A stretch of 64,000 nt of DNA from Eutreptiella sp. 'Long Island Sound 2002' (taxonomy: Eukaryota > Protista > Euglenida), in the NCBI GenBank assembly GCA_964036045.1, contig OZ038378.1, positions 195,858,001 to 195,922,000 of the forward strand. Reading direction: 5' to 3'. The stretch's first letter is position 1. Each line of letters begins with the position of its first letter. Under the pieces are notes generated by a model that was not told where the DNA came from, searched no databases, and was given only the letters and a program-made list of their open reading frames with translations. Made by a program: the position numbers and the translations under genes. Shown one piece after another: positions 33,893 through 47,769 of this stretch.

Positions 33893-36554
33893 CTGACAAG
33901 GCCTGATTGAGATGAGATGACCCTTGCTGTCCTTCTCTGCCCCTGATGACCCCTCCAGCCCCCACCCATTGCGCATGCATGGGCAAAGTGAGGAAAGCGA
34001 CGGTGAGCCGGGCTCCACATACTTCAACAAGGCTGTGCAAATCGGGGTATGACAAAGAAAAGGTGCACCAAAAACTTCAGCCCATACTTCATCCAAAACA
34101 GAAAATTTGTTGCACCAATGCTTTGCCTGGCAAATGGGGCATGATGCTCAATCTCATGCCCATTCCACATGTTGTTCGAATGAAGGATATTATCCACATG
34201 AGAAGATGAACCAACAATGGTGGCAGGCGCATGATCACCATTGGACCGGATATATGTCACAGCCATTCCAAAAATAGCCACACAAGGCGCAGCTGAAAAT
34301 CACAGCAGATCTGGGATGCACTGCCAAGCAGAATGCTGCGATGAATGAAAGGAAGTGCCACAGGCATGGCGCAGCCCTCTTTCCTTCTACAGTTGGCACA
34401 CAACCACGGCACATTACATTTCTGACCACGGAACCTGTGGTCAAGCAAAAGCCAGAAGAACAATGGTCAGATGGGATTCACGTGCTTAGATCTATTGGAC
34501 CCCCCTCCACCACCACCTGGACACACACACTCTCTCTCTTTAACCACCCTAAGGCGCACCCCAAGATGTCATGAGATCCTTCATGCGTATTGAAAAGAAA
34601 TGGCATGCAAAGAAAAGAAAAGCAAACGATGCTAGTCATCTGCCTCCAAGAGAAACAACTCCAGCAGACGGCTCTGCTAGACAAGGATAGGTTTGTTGAC
34701 TATTGTTCTTTCAGCTATCTGCTTTTTCCATGCTTAAAATATTTGGCATAAATCCCTGATGTTGAGCATGTGGTTATAATTTTACTGTGGCCAACAGTTT
34801 GTATGAGATACAATTCCACACACCAATGGTGGGCCACTACACCGGAGAAAACCGCCCCTTGCCCCTGCCCCTCGCCCAGCCGCTTGCCTGAGAGCACTAC
34901 TAAAACAACTCTCATGCTTGTGTAGGGGGGGGGGGGGGAAGGTGAGTGCATGCTTGCCACCCTTGATGACGGTAGGGCTATAGCAGCTGCAGCTGCAGCA
35001 AGATAATCTTGGGCAGCACAAGATGCACAAGTACAGTACCAGACTCAGGCAGGGATCGGTCGAAGCCCCCTCCTTTGGGGGGGCATGTGTAGGCCCCCCA
35101 GGCCAGGTCAGTGCCTCCCCTCTGCTGGAGGGTGCAAGCCAGTGCCCCTAGAGTTGCAAGCACAGGGCTTGGCCTTGGCTTCGCTAGAGTCATGCAGGAT
35201 GGCACATGACTGGTGTAAAGCAATCAAGAATCAAGCACACATGGATAGTGAAACCAAGAGGAGTCTGGCGCCAACCCAGTGGAAACCCAAAGCCAACACC
35301 AAAGGCCCTGCCTACCAAGGCCTGTCCCCATGTCCCCTACCTCTAACACTGACACTGCCCCTGCCCCTGCCCATGCCCCTGCCCATTACCCCCTCCCTTG
35401 TCTCAGCATGCTACCTAGTCAAAACCACGTTGCCACTGTAGGGAGCATCGGGTGAGTTTCTGTACCCTCAGGTGTGTGGGTAGTCCCCCGTTCCATGTGG
35501 GGGCACACGTAGTACCCCCCAGTGACATGAAGCCAGGCAGCATGGGCTGCACATGCAGGAGCCATAATTCTCCCTCAGTGAGGGTGCGGGTAGTGCCTAC
35601 GATGGGATGCTCCAAGAGGTGGGGGGGGGGGGGGATGCCCCTGACACTCTTTTTCAGCAATCTATTTTAACAGTTGCACCAGATGTTTGCTTGGACCATG
35701 CCATGGCCTCCCCTTGAGGACTCATGGAACAGTGCTGACATGGCCATTCTATGCGCGCTGTCCCTGCATTCCTCAGGCCTGGCTCAACCCACCAATTCCC
35801 ACTTTAAACAAATCCTGCACCCATGGGGTAGCAAGTGCACGGTGCAAGGACAGTGAGCAGGTGACGGAATTGGCCTGTCTTTGTCCCAGCACGTCCACCT
35901 CACGGAAATTTTTTCCAAAGCCACAAAATGAAACGCGAAACCCATAAGTTTTGGCGAATTTGCTGGTTGCAATGCAGTGGTCAGCGTCACTGCCACACTG
36001 TGTGCATATGTGTGCACCATGCAGCTGTTCCTCTCCTGTGTCACATGCAGCACCAAACGTCTACCGATACATCTCCACTACCAAATGCCATGAAAGAGGA
36101 GCAGAGCAAAGACCTGTAATGCAGCTGTTGCAGTCATTGATCTTGTGGAAATCCCTGTTGGACAGCAGTAGATAGTCCCCCCCGCCCCACACACACCCCA
36201 CGCCATACTTAGAGGTGCTACAACAGTCTAGGAGTGGGTGATTAGAGCAAACGGTAGCAGACAGAGTGAAAGATACAATTGATCTGGTGCATGTAAATTC
36301 ATGCATTGCATGGGACCTCCCCCATGTCCAGCGAACAATAGAGTCCTCAAAAAACACGGTCCGCACAGGAGTGTTCGTTGGACGCCGTTTGGCACCAAAG
36401 TAATTCGGTACCTAAACCCGGTACCTAATTAATGAGGTCCCAAAAGATTACGGTCTGAACAGAAGTGTTCCTTGGAAAAGGCATTCGTTGGATGCCAGGG
36501 GGGGGGGGGGTGCATCGTTCAGAAGAGGATGTAGTCTCAAACAACAACAACAGT

Positions 36555-36830
36555 TTCTGTGGCTCTGTGCGGCGGTGTGTGTGGGTCTGTGTGGCTGTGT
36601 GTGGCTCTGTGTGACTTTTTGTGCCTTTGCGTGGCTGTGTGCGGCTGTTTACAGTTGTGTGCAGCTCTATGCGGCTCTGTGCAGCTATGTGTGCCTCTCT
36701 GCGGCTGTGCTGCTACAAACAGCTGTATGTCATTCTTTGTGGCTGCAGCCATGGTGCTGTGCAGCTGGCTGTGTGTGGGGCTGTGTGCGGGGTATGCGGC
36801 TTTGGGTGGTTGCGTGGCTGCGTGCTGAAG
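36555..36830. repeat. Degenerate CTGTGTGG/CTGTG-rich simple repeat (similar tract 38010-38100)
   Basis: Low-complexity TG/GC tract. It produces spurious Cys/Val/Ala ORFs. Confidence 0.75.
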
Positions 36831-39789
36831 GCACTCTTACCCAAAAGGTTTGGCTATGCCAACCCCCAAGTACGAAGGGCCTGAACCACCCCCACTCTGA
36901 CTCTAGGGAGGAGTTGCCCTTTCTCACAGCTCCTATTGTGGAGGGAGGGCGGGGCTCACCCGTGCCCTTGTGTGGTACAACACCAGTTGTCAGCAGCACC
37001 AGGGCCTGCCCTACCCATGGGGAGGCAGACGGGACTTGGGCGTTGAACATGAAACCGACGTCTATCCTGAGCCCAAAGAGTGTCTGCCTGCTGCCATTGC
37101 ATCTGCCTTGGTGACACTGCAGACCCCACAGTTATCCGTCCAAGGCAGCTCTAAGCACCCACTGTCATTTGGCCTCCTGGTGGAGCTCTGGCTTACAAGG
37201 CACCTGTGCACTGTGGGCTTGCAGGGGCCTTGCTCATAGCATGATTGTGCGGGCTTTGCCATGTGCTGCTGAGACACTTTGAGGGGTTTGACAATCACGT
37301 GGTGCATGCAGCGGACACCTATTCCCTCTTGGTCGGTTGGGTCCATCTGGGTGTGTACATTGGCACCACCACCACTGATGGCACCATACCCTGGGCTCCC
37401 TTCGGCTTCCTGCCTCCCAGGCCAGGCATCAGCCACGGAGCCAATTGCCTTTGGATTGCCCTCCACTGCAAGATATGGGTCCAGCAGTGCCCTAGGTGGC
37501 ACACCATTTCCGGGGCATCTCCACACAAGAGGCATCTGGTGTGCGTGGAAGTGGGCTAATTGTTTGGCTGGGACCATCATGTTGGCTGAGTTGCGCATGT
37601 AGTGCGCTGCCATGTGGTGCTGGTGGGCGTTGTCCAACCAGTCTGGGACGGGACCCCAGCCCAGCTAGCAGCGTAGCACCAAATGTCATTGATCACATCT
37701 ACCAGATAGCTTTGTGCTCATGGAACCAATCTTGGGGGCCTGCGGGGGCCAGTTGGCATTGGTCCCGGTGCTTGGCAGTGAGGGCAAAAGAGAACGGTTG
37801 GCAGAGCATCCATGTGAGGTGCACTTCTGGGTCCTGCTGCTGGCGGCGCCTACACAGCCATTGTGCTCCATCCAGTAAGAGGGCGTGGCGAAAATGTTGC
37901 TGGCGCTGAGCGGTTCAGGCTTGGTGCCTTGGAGTCAGTGCTCATAGAGAAGATAGATGTCATCTCCACATTTGCCGCCTCCATGCACAGGGCCCACCGA
38001 AGCTTCCTGTGGCTGGGTGTATGGCTGTGTGTGGTGGAGTGTGGCTGCATGTGGCTCTTTGTGTGCATGGCTCTGTGTGGCTGTGTTTGCTTCTGTGCAG
38101 CTCCCCCCACCACCAGGGACCACCACCCCCTGAGGACCGTGCTATCTGGATGGGACAGCCCCACCACTTCCAGACCAAGTGTACACCAAGTGGAAGAAAT
38201 AGGGGTTGCCAGTCACGGTCTCCAGGAGAGCCTGACTTCCGCACGGCGGGGTGGGGTCTCATGCACGCTCAATTCAGTGTCCCCTAAATATCCGGTGTCT
38301 CAGCTCACTGAACTGTGGCTATGGCCGTGTGTTGCTATGTGTGGTTCAGTGTAACTGTCCCTGGCACATTGTGGCTGTGTGAGGCGTCTTTTATGGCTTG
38401 CTGTGATCCCTACTACAGAGTTTGCATGCAACCGCGGCGCTGCCAGACATTTGCACGCAGCTGATGGCATGTTTTGAACAGCCTCTATCACCATTGCATA
38501 GTTGAACGCAAAGTCTGCCGCTGCACCATAGCGGCACTATGGGGTGACAATCCCAACCCCTCTCTCAGGTTGAGGAGCTTTTGCCTCTGAGGATCTTGCA
38601 ACCACATGACCACAAATCGCGCCATATTTCACACAGCACAACAGGTCCCATACCTGCAGCAGTGCCAGAAGCTGTGGAGAGAGAAGAAGGGAAGGAATGA
38701 GGGGGATAGGACATCGAGGCAAAAGCAAATGCACACACAGTAGAAACCTGGGCCCCAAAATGTAATGGGATGGAGGTCAGGCTATGTTGGACAAGAAAGC
38801 AGCAACATTGAGAATTCTCAAAATTCACAATGTGAAGGAGGTTGCAACCACAGTGCCTACAGTTTCAAGGTCACCACTTTGAAGAAGAGTTAAACAGGAC
38901 TGCTGTGGCTTGCCAGCACAGCCCATTCAGATGATTGACTGGCAAATCAGCAGGATATTTGCATCGTAGTGTTTGGGGTCTACGAAGGGTTGGGGTTGGG
39001 GATGTGCGGGAAAAAAAGTTTGCAGTGGGGGGGGGGGGGGGTTGGCACAACGCAAAAATTTGCAGGGAGGGGGTGGGTGGGTTGAGCCCCATTCCAGCCC
39101 CCTCCCCATCCGAGGGGACGGTGGGGTGGCATAAGCCCCATACACGGTCACAGTGTGCCGCAAGCACACAGTACCTACAGGCACTGCAACACCACCCCTG
39201 GCATGCCTACAGGGTTTGGGCACGTTGGGTACTCAAAAAGTATCAGGAAAACAACTGAGATGCACCGCACACACCCTGGTCCTTCAAGCCAATGGTTGAG
39301 AGTCGCAAGCCCCCCCTGGTAAGGGCCTCTTGCCACCCTCTTGGAGGCCTGACCTTTCAGGGCGAACCACTGGCCGCATACTCCTCTTGAGCATCCAGGG
39401 GCTTCAGGCTACTCAAGACAACCCGAGGGGTGCTGGTCCACAAGACCTCGTGTGACAGTGAACGCCACGTTGGGCTGTCCCACTGCCCATTTGACTCGGT
39501 GAAGGGAGGGGGCTCCTCATGAATGAATTAATCTCGTGCTCAACTTCCCACACCGTGCGCACCTCAGGCGTGCTTCCTGAACTTCTTCCTTTGTCTGGCG
39601 TGCCCAACCCACATGTGGTTAGTGTGCATGCATGCGCTGGTATGTGTGCATTACCCATGTAGGTTCGTAGTAGCTAAGTTGGCACACGCATTGCAGCCCG
39701 TCGGGCGAAGGAAGGGTGTATGTGGAGCCCAAATTGGTTTGGGGCGGGCGGGGGGGGGGGGGGAGGGCACCCAGTGGTACTATGGAGCT

Positions 39790-40400
39790 GGCTAGCTCAC
39801 ACATGCCGGGCAAAGGGAGCTAGCTTTGTCCAATCGGTCTGCTTTTGGGTCATGAATGGCTGGAAAATAGGCATGCAAGTGCCGTGCCATGCGCAGTAGC
39901 GTGGTGCATGGTGTGTGGGTGACAACAACATGCAACATGCAGCGTGCGCAGCTTGTGATGCGCAGAGCGCAGACCGCATTGTGCACAGACCCGTGGTTAG
40001 AAGCGTGCGTGTACGCTTGTGCACGCTTACTTGCCATGGCTATGCACGCTTACGCACGCTTACACCCCAACACTCCGCACACTTGTGTACGCTTGGGCTC
40101 GGGGACACAGAGGTGGACCTCTTGTATAGTCATGCACAGGTTCTCTGCAGAAAAAAAATTGGTGCTGGTGGAATTTTTGTCTAAGAGCACTGTGTGCCGA
40201 AAAGGCAGTTAAGGGGCTTTCCGGTCAAAAAAAAAAGATGTGCACGCTTGCGCACGCTTGGACGGGGAGATGGCGCACACTTACGCACACTTACCACCCG
40301 ACACTGCGCACGCTTGCGCACGCTTAACCCTGGTCTGTGCGCACGCTTCTAACCACGGGTCTGATTGTGCATCACGCAAGGTGCACAGGGTGTGCACTAC
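39790..40400. repeat. Degenerate GCACGCTT-rich repeat region
   Basis: Recurrent GCACGCTT(A/G) motifs. Confidence 0.6.
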
Positions 40401-40495
40401 AAAGTCAGAGCGGCCCTGCATTCACCGGCGGGTGCAGTCCGTGCGGTCATGTGCGAGCAGGTGCTGGTCAGGCCACGTGGGACTCGGGAGGAAAT

Positions 40496-40845
40496 CTAGA
40501 GAGAGGAGCTACCCCAAACAGGAACTCGATTAGCATTGTGCAGGACCAGATCACCGTCATCCTGGACAACCAGAAATGCCCCAGGGTTGCCATGCGTTCG
40601 AGAAGACCAAAGGGCGGCGCCGCTTGACGAGTACGACACAAGGTCCCCATCGCGCTGCATCACCGTCCTCGCCACCTCGGTTCCGGATTGATTGTTGCTC
40701 CACAACGCCCTCCAGGCACTGTCATACAACACCAAGGCTCCATCCGTTTGCTGGATCAAAGTGTACTGCGAGTTGGAGCTTGTGATGGAATCCCCTTCTT
40801 GCAGCTCGCCCCCGGAATTCAATACTGAATCGGGATTTGGCATCG
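40496..40845 (-). CDS. Terminal exon encoding a bulb-type (GNA/B-type) mannose-binding lectin domain
   Basis: Three beta-prism II repeats L..QxDGxLVxY....LW.S (QTDGALVLY, QRDGDLVSY, QDDGDLVLH). Pyrimidine-rich acceptor TTTTTTCTCATCTCTGGTTCTACAG| at 40846. Stop TAG at 40496-40498. Confidence 0.85.
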
Positions 40846-42029
40846 CTGTAGAACCAGAGATGAGAAAAAATGCAGAGGATTGTACAGGGATGTGGAGGCT
40901 ACCCCGGCCGTAGCCTGGCCCCTAGGCGCCCCGGCGTGGTTTTGGTTGTCCGGGGGCTTGACGCAGTGCTCCGGATGGGTATAGTGTGGGGGGGTCCCCC
41001 CCCCTCCTTCCCCCGATGCCGGTTGCGATTACGATTGCTCAGCCTGGCTGTACCAGTGCGCAGCATGCATGTATGGCCACCCGGCCCTCCCTGGGAACAT
41101 ATGACACAGGACAGCAGCCCATGAAGACAGTTTTAAGTCACGTATAAACATGTCTTCACACATTGAGCTTAAATCCTTTGCTGTTCAGAAGGGTCTGTGG
41201 CTGAACTGTCTGAGCTGTCTGCGCTGGAACTGCAACTACTGCTGGACATTCAAGACGACGCCTCCAGCGCACATACCTACAAATGAAAAAAGGTGAGCAA
41301 AAAGAATCGTAATTGTCATTTCGTCATCACAGTCTCCTGGCCCAGGAGCCCCCCGCCTACCCCCTCTCCGATCTTGGTAATGTCGTCACTATTCAATCCA
41401 GCCCCGGAGCATCGGAGGTTAGGCCTGGGTAGCCCACAATCGACTTCATATCCGCAGTGATCTCTGACGCTACGCGCTTGCAGGGCAACAGACCTAAAGG
41501 GGGGTTTCATGAGTGGCTGTAAAGGCGGTAGACGGCGGTTGAGATGCAATATCTGGCGGGTACAACCCCGTTGGAGGGCCGTGCAGGGCGGACAGAAGCG
41601 GTTGGCGCGGCTGCCCGTCACCCCAGCGAACAGGGCAAGCGCAAGGCTGGGGGGGGGGGGTGTCTCGCAAACGGCTGTTTGGATCCGATTTGTTCCAAAA
41701 CTTTGCATCAAGCTCTGCTTTGGGTGGGTTGGTGGGTGGCCATATCGTATCCGGAGGATTGGGGCCTGGCGACGCACTCCCTGGGGCACTCACTGGGGCG
41801 TGGTGAGTCGCAAACTGCACCCTCACCAGCATCAGGATGCTTGTCCCACAGCCAAGATTGATCAGCGGGAGACAAGGAATCCCAGAGGACCACCGATGTA
41901 CCTTGTTGTGGGCAGTAAAAACACTTCATCTGAACATTGAAAAAAAAAGGAAGCATGAATTCTCCAGCGACCCAAATTAAATGATGCACATCTCAGAGCA
42001 TGTTCGGCGTCAATGGTCACGCCAGACCC

Positions 42030-42292
42030 AGGGCTGTCCTTAAGGGGAAACAAAAGGGGGTTCGTAACACCAAAAGAACGTTCACGGGGACACTCTCTGC
42101 TTCATGGTCAAGACCCGGGTCAGACACAATACCACAGGAACAATATTGAACAATGCTTGGCAGTTGGCGGCGGTTGGCGGTTGGCGGTTGGTGGCAGCTG
42201 GCGCTTGGCGGCGGTTGACGGCGGATGCGTTGGGGGCTGTCCTTAAGGGCTGTCCATAACGGAAAAAAATTGCGGTTCTTAAGGACAGCCCT
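42030..42292. mobile_element. MITE with 15-bp TIR AGGGCTGTCCTTAAG and internal GGCGGTT repeats, copy 1
   Basis: TIR at 42030-42044 / 42278-42292. Second copy at 48661-48947. Confidence 0.7.
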
Positions 42293-45200
42293 TTGGTCGG
42301 GCCTAGCCCGACTAACTTGGGGCGTGGCCGAAGGACAAGGGGGTCAAATCTGCCAACCTGTTGCCACCCTCCTCATGCCGCTGTTGGTGCCTTGTCTTCA
42401 CACCCTGCCTCAGCCACATGTCCCCTCAGCAGTCAGGCAGAAGGAGCAGCTGCAACCTTCGGCCTTGAACCGCTCGGCATACGCATCCCATGAGTCCGCG
42501 GCTGCAAGAGGCGCTCCACTCTCCACCTCCGAGTGGACTGGCTGCAGTGCACATGGTGGACCGTCCTGTGTGAACACATATGTGCCATGCAATGCAGGCC
42601 ATTGCACCAGTTGGCAGACTGAGGCGGGGTCAATGGTGTACCGGACCCATCACCCGGGGGTACTGAGGGTACGGAGGGCAAACGGGGTAGCTGCACTGGC
42701 GGGTAGGGCCCCAAGGGAAGGGCTAGAGGCCACAACACACGGTTATCTGCATTGTACCATCGCAGACCCAATCAGCTCGAAATTGCAAACATCCAAAAGA
42801 TCTTGGACTTTTGACCGAAAAAGGGGGGGGGGGGGAGAGGGTGATAGTCTTCCCCTTTTTTTCCCCGACCCCCAGGCCCCCACCCCTCCCCCACCCCACC
42901 CAAAAAGATGACGCAGCCCACGTGCGTGGCCCCCTCCACAGCTACCATTCGCGTGCGCAGCTGCCAGCTCCAGCCCACGAGCACAATGCCCTGCAACTGC
43001 CCATGTGCATGGCTCCCAGTAGCAGCTCCTGTGCACAGGTCCATGCTGCTGTCCACGTGCACGGGTCCCTGCTGCGACCCGTGTGTACAGCTCCGTGATG
43101 CCGAGCTCCCAGCTACAGCCCGCGTGCGCAGCTCCCTCCTGCTATCCCCCGTCCCCTGTGCTGACATGCGCAGGGGTGGAGCATCCATCCCTCAGCCTTG
43201 TGCTGGCGTTCACGGGGGCAGAGACCCATCCCTCCGTCCTACAGTCCCCTTCCCTTAGCTAACGGGAGTGGGGATGGGGACTCTTGTCCCCTGCGATGTG
43301 CTGACGTGCACTGGGACGGAGACTCCTACCCTTTGCCTTGTGCTGACGTGCACTGGGGGCAGATACCCTAGTGCCCTGCCCTATGCCGGCATGCACAGGG
43401 CGGGAGGCACCGGCCCCCGCTTAGTGTTGATGTGTGCAGTGATGGAGGCACCATACCTCTACCCTCTACAAGCGTTCATAGGGTTGGAGACTCCGTACCT
43501 TTGCCATGTACTGCAATGCACAGGGGCGGAGACTCCACACCTTAGCCATGAGCTGACGTGCACAGAGGTGGAGACTCCATCCCTCTACCCTATGTTGACC
43601 GGCATGGCGGGCACTCCATCCCTGCATCCCTGTTGTAGGGCATATGTGCGCAGGGGTGGGGTGCCCTTCCCTCCGCCCTGTGCTAGTGTGCACATGGGTA
43701 GGGAACCCTTCCCTAACCCCCTGTGCCGAGGTGCGAATGGGTGGGGTACCCAGGTCAGGTCACATCAGGTAGCACCGTATCCATCGTCCGTTGGTCCGTC
43801 TGGAGCCGTCCACCGGCAGAACGCCTGGCCGTGACATACACCCACTCCGAAGAGAACACTCCTGGGAGAGGGGGCTGTAGTACCATGCATGGTACACAGA
43901 TAAATTGTGCCCCATGCCAAGCAAGGCTGTCAAGAGGGGGGCTGTAGTACCACGCATGGTACAGAGATGAAGACCCGCCTGCAGGGGGAGAGCAGCCCTC
44001 TCCCATGATTGGCACCGCGCGCGCACGAGGCACACTTGTTGAGGCAGTGGTGCGTCTGCCCCTCACAGGCCGCATCTGTGACCCAGGGGGGTGCCCGGGG
44101 TGGGTGGTGGCGGCATCGGCCGGCCTGAGGGTGGGGTACCCCTCCCTCTGCCCTATGCTTGTGTGCACGGGGGTGGAGAACCTTACCAACCACCCTCGTG
44201 CGAGGACACCGTCCCTCCACCCTGTGCTGGAGTGCACAGGGTTGGGAAACACTTCCTTCTACCCACAAGCCCGGGTGCACCACAGACTGTCCCTCTGCCT
44301 TGTGCTGGCATGCGCAGCACAAGGCACTACCCTTGCGCCAAGGTGCACAGCGGAGGGGCGCCCTTCCCTCCACCCTATGCTGGCAGGGGCAGTGCAAGGA
44401 AGGAATTCATTTTAAGGAGCAATAGTCCATAGGATCATCGCCATATCTACACCGAACCTGACATCAGCGATAGGCCATTAAGGCAGTTACATTGGCTGGA
44501 CCCTGTATGACAAGAGACTCCATCCGAGGGCAATTGGTGTTTGCTCTGTGGACGCTCGGCCATGAACCACCTGGGCCTCTATAGACCTATCGACCTGCAT
44601 CATAGAGTACAGTATTGTGGAGTGTGTGGGGGAGGGCTCAAGATCCGAGCCCCTCGCATAGCCTAGCAGCTCCACATAGCTGCGAACCCACCTTGTAGGC
44701 GGGTCTTCCAACGTGGTTAGTTCCTCATGGCAGATCCCTGTCTCCGCCACTGGGACTTCAAATTCAGCGAGGTCATTGGACCCAGAGCCAGGGGCCACAA
44801 AATCAACCATCATAGGTTCAGTCCCGGGCGGGCCCCGGGGATTTGACCACCCCGGCATCGCTTCTAAGGGTACCGCATATTCGGATAAGTCGGCATGCTC
44901 CGCATTTGGCTGCGTGGCCCTTGAGGGGAAGACCCGAGGCTAGGGGGAGAGGGGGGCGCGGGGAGCGGCGGCAGCCACAAAAATGGGCGCAAGTTGCACC
45001 AGCAGCAGGGTATGCTGCAAGGAGTCCTGAGTATCACCTTCTCCATCACCGCATGTGCATGCAGGCGACCAGTCAATCATCCGAGACGACCTCTTAGAGT
45101 GCCAGCTGGATGTGACCGCCGGTGACCATCGCATGATGTGGGCCATGGGCGATAGGTGGGGTGAAGAGCCCCGTCTCAGCGGCCCTTGAATCCCTTTAGG

Positions 45201-46641
45201 CGTGCCGCTGACCCTTTCGACATGTGCATTTCTTGTTGCACGCCGCACGCTTTGCCGAGGCGCCACCATTGCACCCGCTGGGGGCGGCGGTGGGCAGGTT
45301 GTGCTCCTAATAGGACTGCATATGTGTCGCAGCATGCGTGCAATACCCAGGGGTACATCTTGGCCAGCAGCGGCCAGTGCACGCGGCAGCATGACAGGGT
45401 CACATGGCGGTGTCTCAAGCACCAGGATGCACGCAAGTCGCGTGGGTGTGAGCACCCCCCTGCGACGCATGTATTCAAGCGCGCTCTTGGACATAGGGGC
45501 AGTGCAAAGGGATGTGGTAGTGGCCGCAGCATGGGATATGGTAGGGGTTGTGTCAAGGGTGGTGCAAGGGGCTGTGGGGGGGGTTGTGGTAGGGGCAGTG
45601 GTCAAGGTGTGTGAGGGGCAGTGACAGTGGCAGGGGCTGTGGCAGGAGTGGTGTCAGGGTCCGGGTGGCCTGGCGCCCCTTGGAGTGGGCGCGAGGGTCG
45701 GGACGGCAGCTGGGAACTAGGAGCACGTCCTGGGACAGCGGGGGAAAGCCCTGCACTGCCCATTACCCCATGGCCAAGATTGTTGTTTCATTTCGGCGGG
45801 GGGTGGACCCCTCGCCCCCTCCCTAGAACCCCCTCCCCCACCTCTCCCCTCACTCCAAATCACGTAAGAATCAGGGTTCTGGAAACTTATTTTGTTTGGG
45901 GAAGATTTTGTTCTCCCACACCTTCAGTGCACCTCTAGCAAGGTTATTTGGTCATTCCACTGGTATCCATTATTCCTTGTGTTGCGGATATCGCGTTGCG
46001 GCGCAGTTCTTTGGCACCCTGGTCCAACTGTGCCCCCACGCAAACTGTGAGCACATTACAACTGCAATCCTCTATTTTCGTTTTCAAGATAGATGGACTG
46101 GGAAGAAAAGGCAAGAGGCATACAATGCTGCACGGAATGTTCCACACTTTTTCTAAACACTCCAATAAACTCTCTGTGCGGGTTTGTAGGACAAGCAGCT
46201 AAAATGGCATGACAAGACTGCGAGGTGCGCTGCCTGCTACATGAGTTCTTGCTCATGCAGCCCGTTGCGTGCATGCGCTGGGCAGCACAGTCCAAGTCTG
46301 ATTGGCTTTGACGATTTCGGTGACAATGAAGATTCCTCCGCGTTTGCTGTCTGTGTTGCCTGGTGGTGCTGAGGTGAGGGCACAATGTATGCACCCGAAA
46401 ATGAGTTGCACAACATTTCTCCAGACGTTATGATAACTGTAAATGCTGACCGGGTCATTGTGGTGCAATTTTGCAGTTCCTTGGGGATGTGCTGTGTTTC
46501 AGTGGGGGTCCCCTTTGGAGCCCCTCCCTCCCCCCTTGGAGCCCCCATCCCCAAAAAAAGAGCACATTTGGACCCAGGCAGCCCCAAAATGCCCTGACTG
46601 CTTTCACACTACCGGGTTGATCTAATAACATCGCTAGCAAC

Positions 46642-46760
46642 CTGATTTGGCAGGTCAGCAAGGTGGAGATTCTCCGTGTCCTGCTCTGACCTGGTGGGGC
46701 CTCCATCTCTGAGCCCAAGTGAGCCCCCAATCTTAGTGCAAGTCTCTGATTCAATGAGGT
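46642..46760 (-). CDS. Candidate 119-nt exon (DLIESETCTKIGGSLGLRDGGPTRSEQDTENLHLADLPNQ); identical copy at 52561-52679
   Basis: TGACAG| acceptor, open frame, and it lies in the most conserved block of the duplication. The donor GTTGCT is weak. Confidence 0.3.
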
Positions 46761-47769
46761 CTGTCACGCAGCAAAAGCCCAGAAACGTGATAGGGCAAGT
46801 GACAGCACGGGGTAGGGGATCATGGGGCACAAAAAAAGGCAGGGCGGTGTGGTGACCTCTGTGCAATCTCTCAGTATACCGCTCCCCATCGTCGAGCTGG
46901 ACTCCACAAAACTGCACAAGAGCAGCAGAGGAGGACATCAGCGGAGCAAAAAAGGACGTAAAGCGGGAAGGCAACTGCAGTTTCAGAGAAGCACAACTCC
47001 ATTCAGAAGTCGATATCAGAAGGGGCAAGCACCAAACGCCCCGGGGCAACCCCTGCACCCCCTCCGGGGTGGAGGTGGATTGCATTGTTGGGCCCCCTCA
47101 AAGACCACACCCAGAGGGTCGGAGGGGAGGGGGGGGCAGGTGCCCTCGTGCCCTGTGGGTTCTGGAACACCTGCGGGTCACTCTCCTCCCCTTCAAAAAG
47201 AGGTGTTCTCCGCCATTGCCATCGCCATGTTTTACCCCTTCCCCAGCGCATGCCCGCACGCCCTGTTGCCACGTTTTTCGTGTCACACAACGACGTCCAT
47301 CGTGTATCGCATGTATGCCATCCCTGCAACTGTCGCCTTTTCTCTTCATGGTCCAGGTTTATTTCCAGCAGATTGATGATACCTGGCATCCCTCTGTGCT
47401 CCCTGTGGCAAGAACTGGGATCGGATTTCATGCCGAGCCCAGACGCTAGCAAGAACATGGCTCCAGCTCAGGAACGGGCGACAGCCCCTTGGAGCGTGGC
47501 AGGGCAAACACACATAAACCCTCGCATACAATCCACACGCATGCAATGCAGAAAACACAACCACCCTACATCTGCAGTACGTGCACAGTGTGACAGACCT
47601 ACAATCTTTGATGTCAGGAATACGGATAGAGAACTCCCGCACTTGTTCTTCAGGCGCTGAAGAGAAGCAGAAAGCCGTGGAAACTTGGATCAGCTCTGGC
47701 CAAGCTAATATAAGCGTCAAGATTCTCAGGGTACAAGAGGTGCCAGACAGATCAGATTCCGAGACCAGG

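Larger units (their letters stand above)
40850..47765. repeat. Unit 1 of ~6.9-kb diverged tandem duplication
   Basis: Collinear blocks 40865-40975, 41415-41780, 42010-43720, 45610-45775 and 46520-47760 recur in order at 47770-54480. Confidence 0.8.

Noticed and set aside
44487-44858. Standalone gene
   Set aside because: Looks like a retroelement-derived fragment, but there is no diagnostic motif and no splice support.
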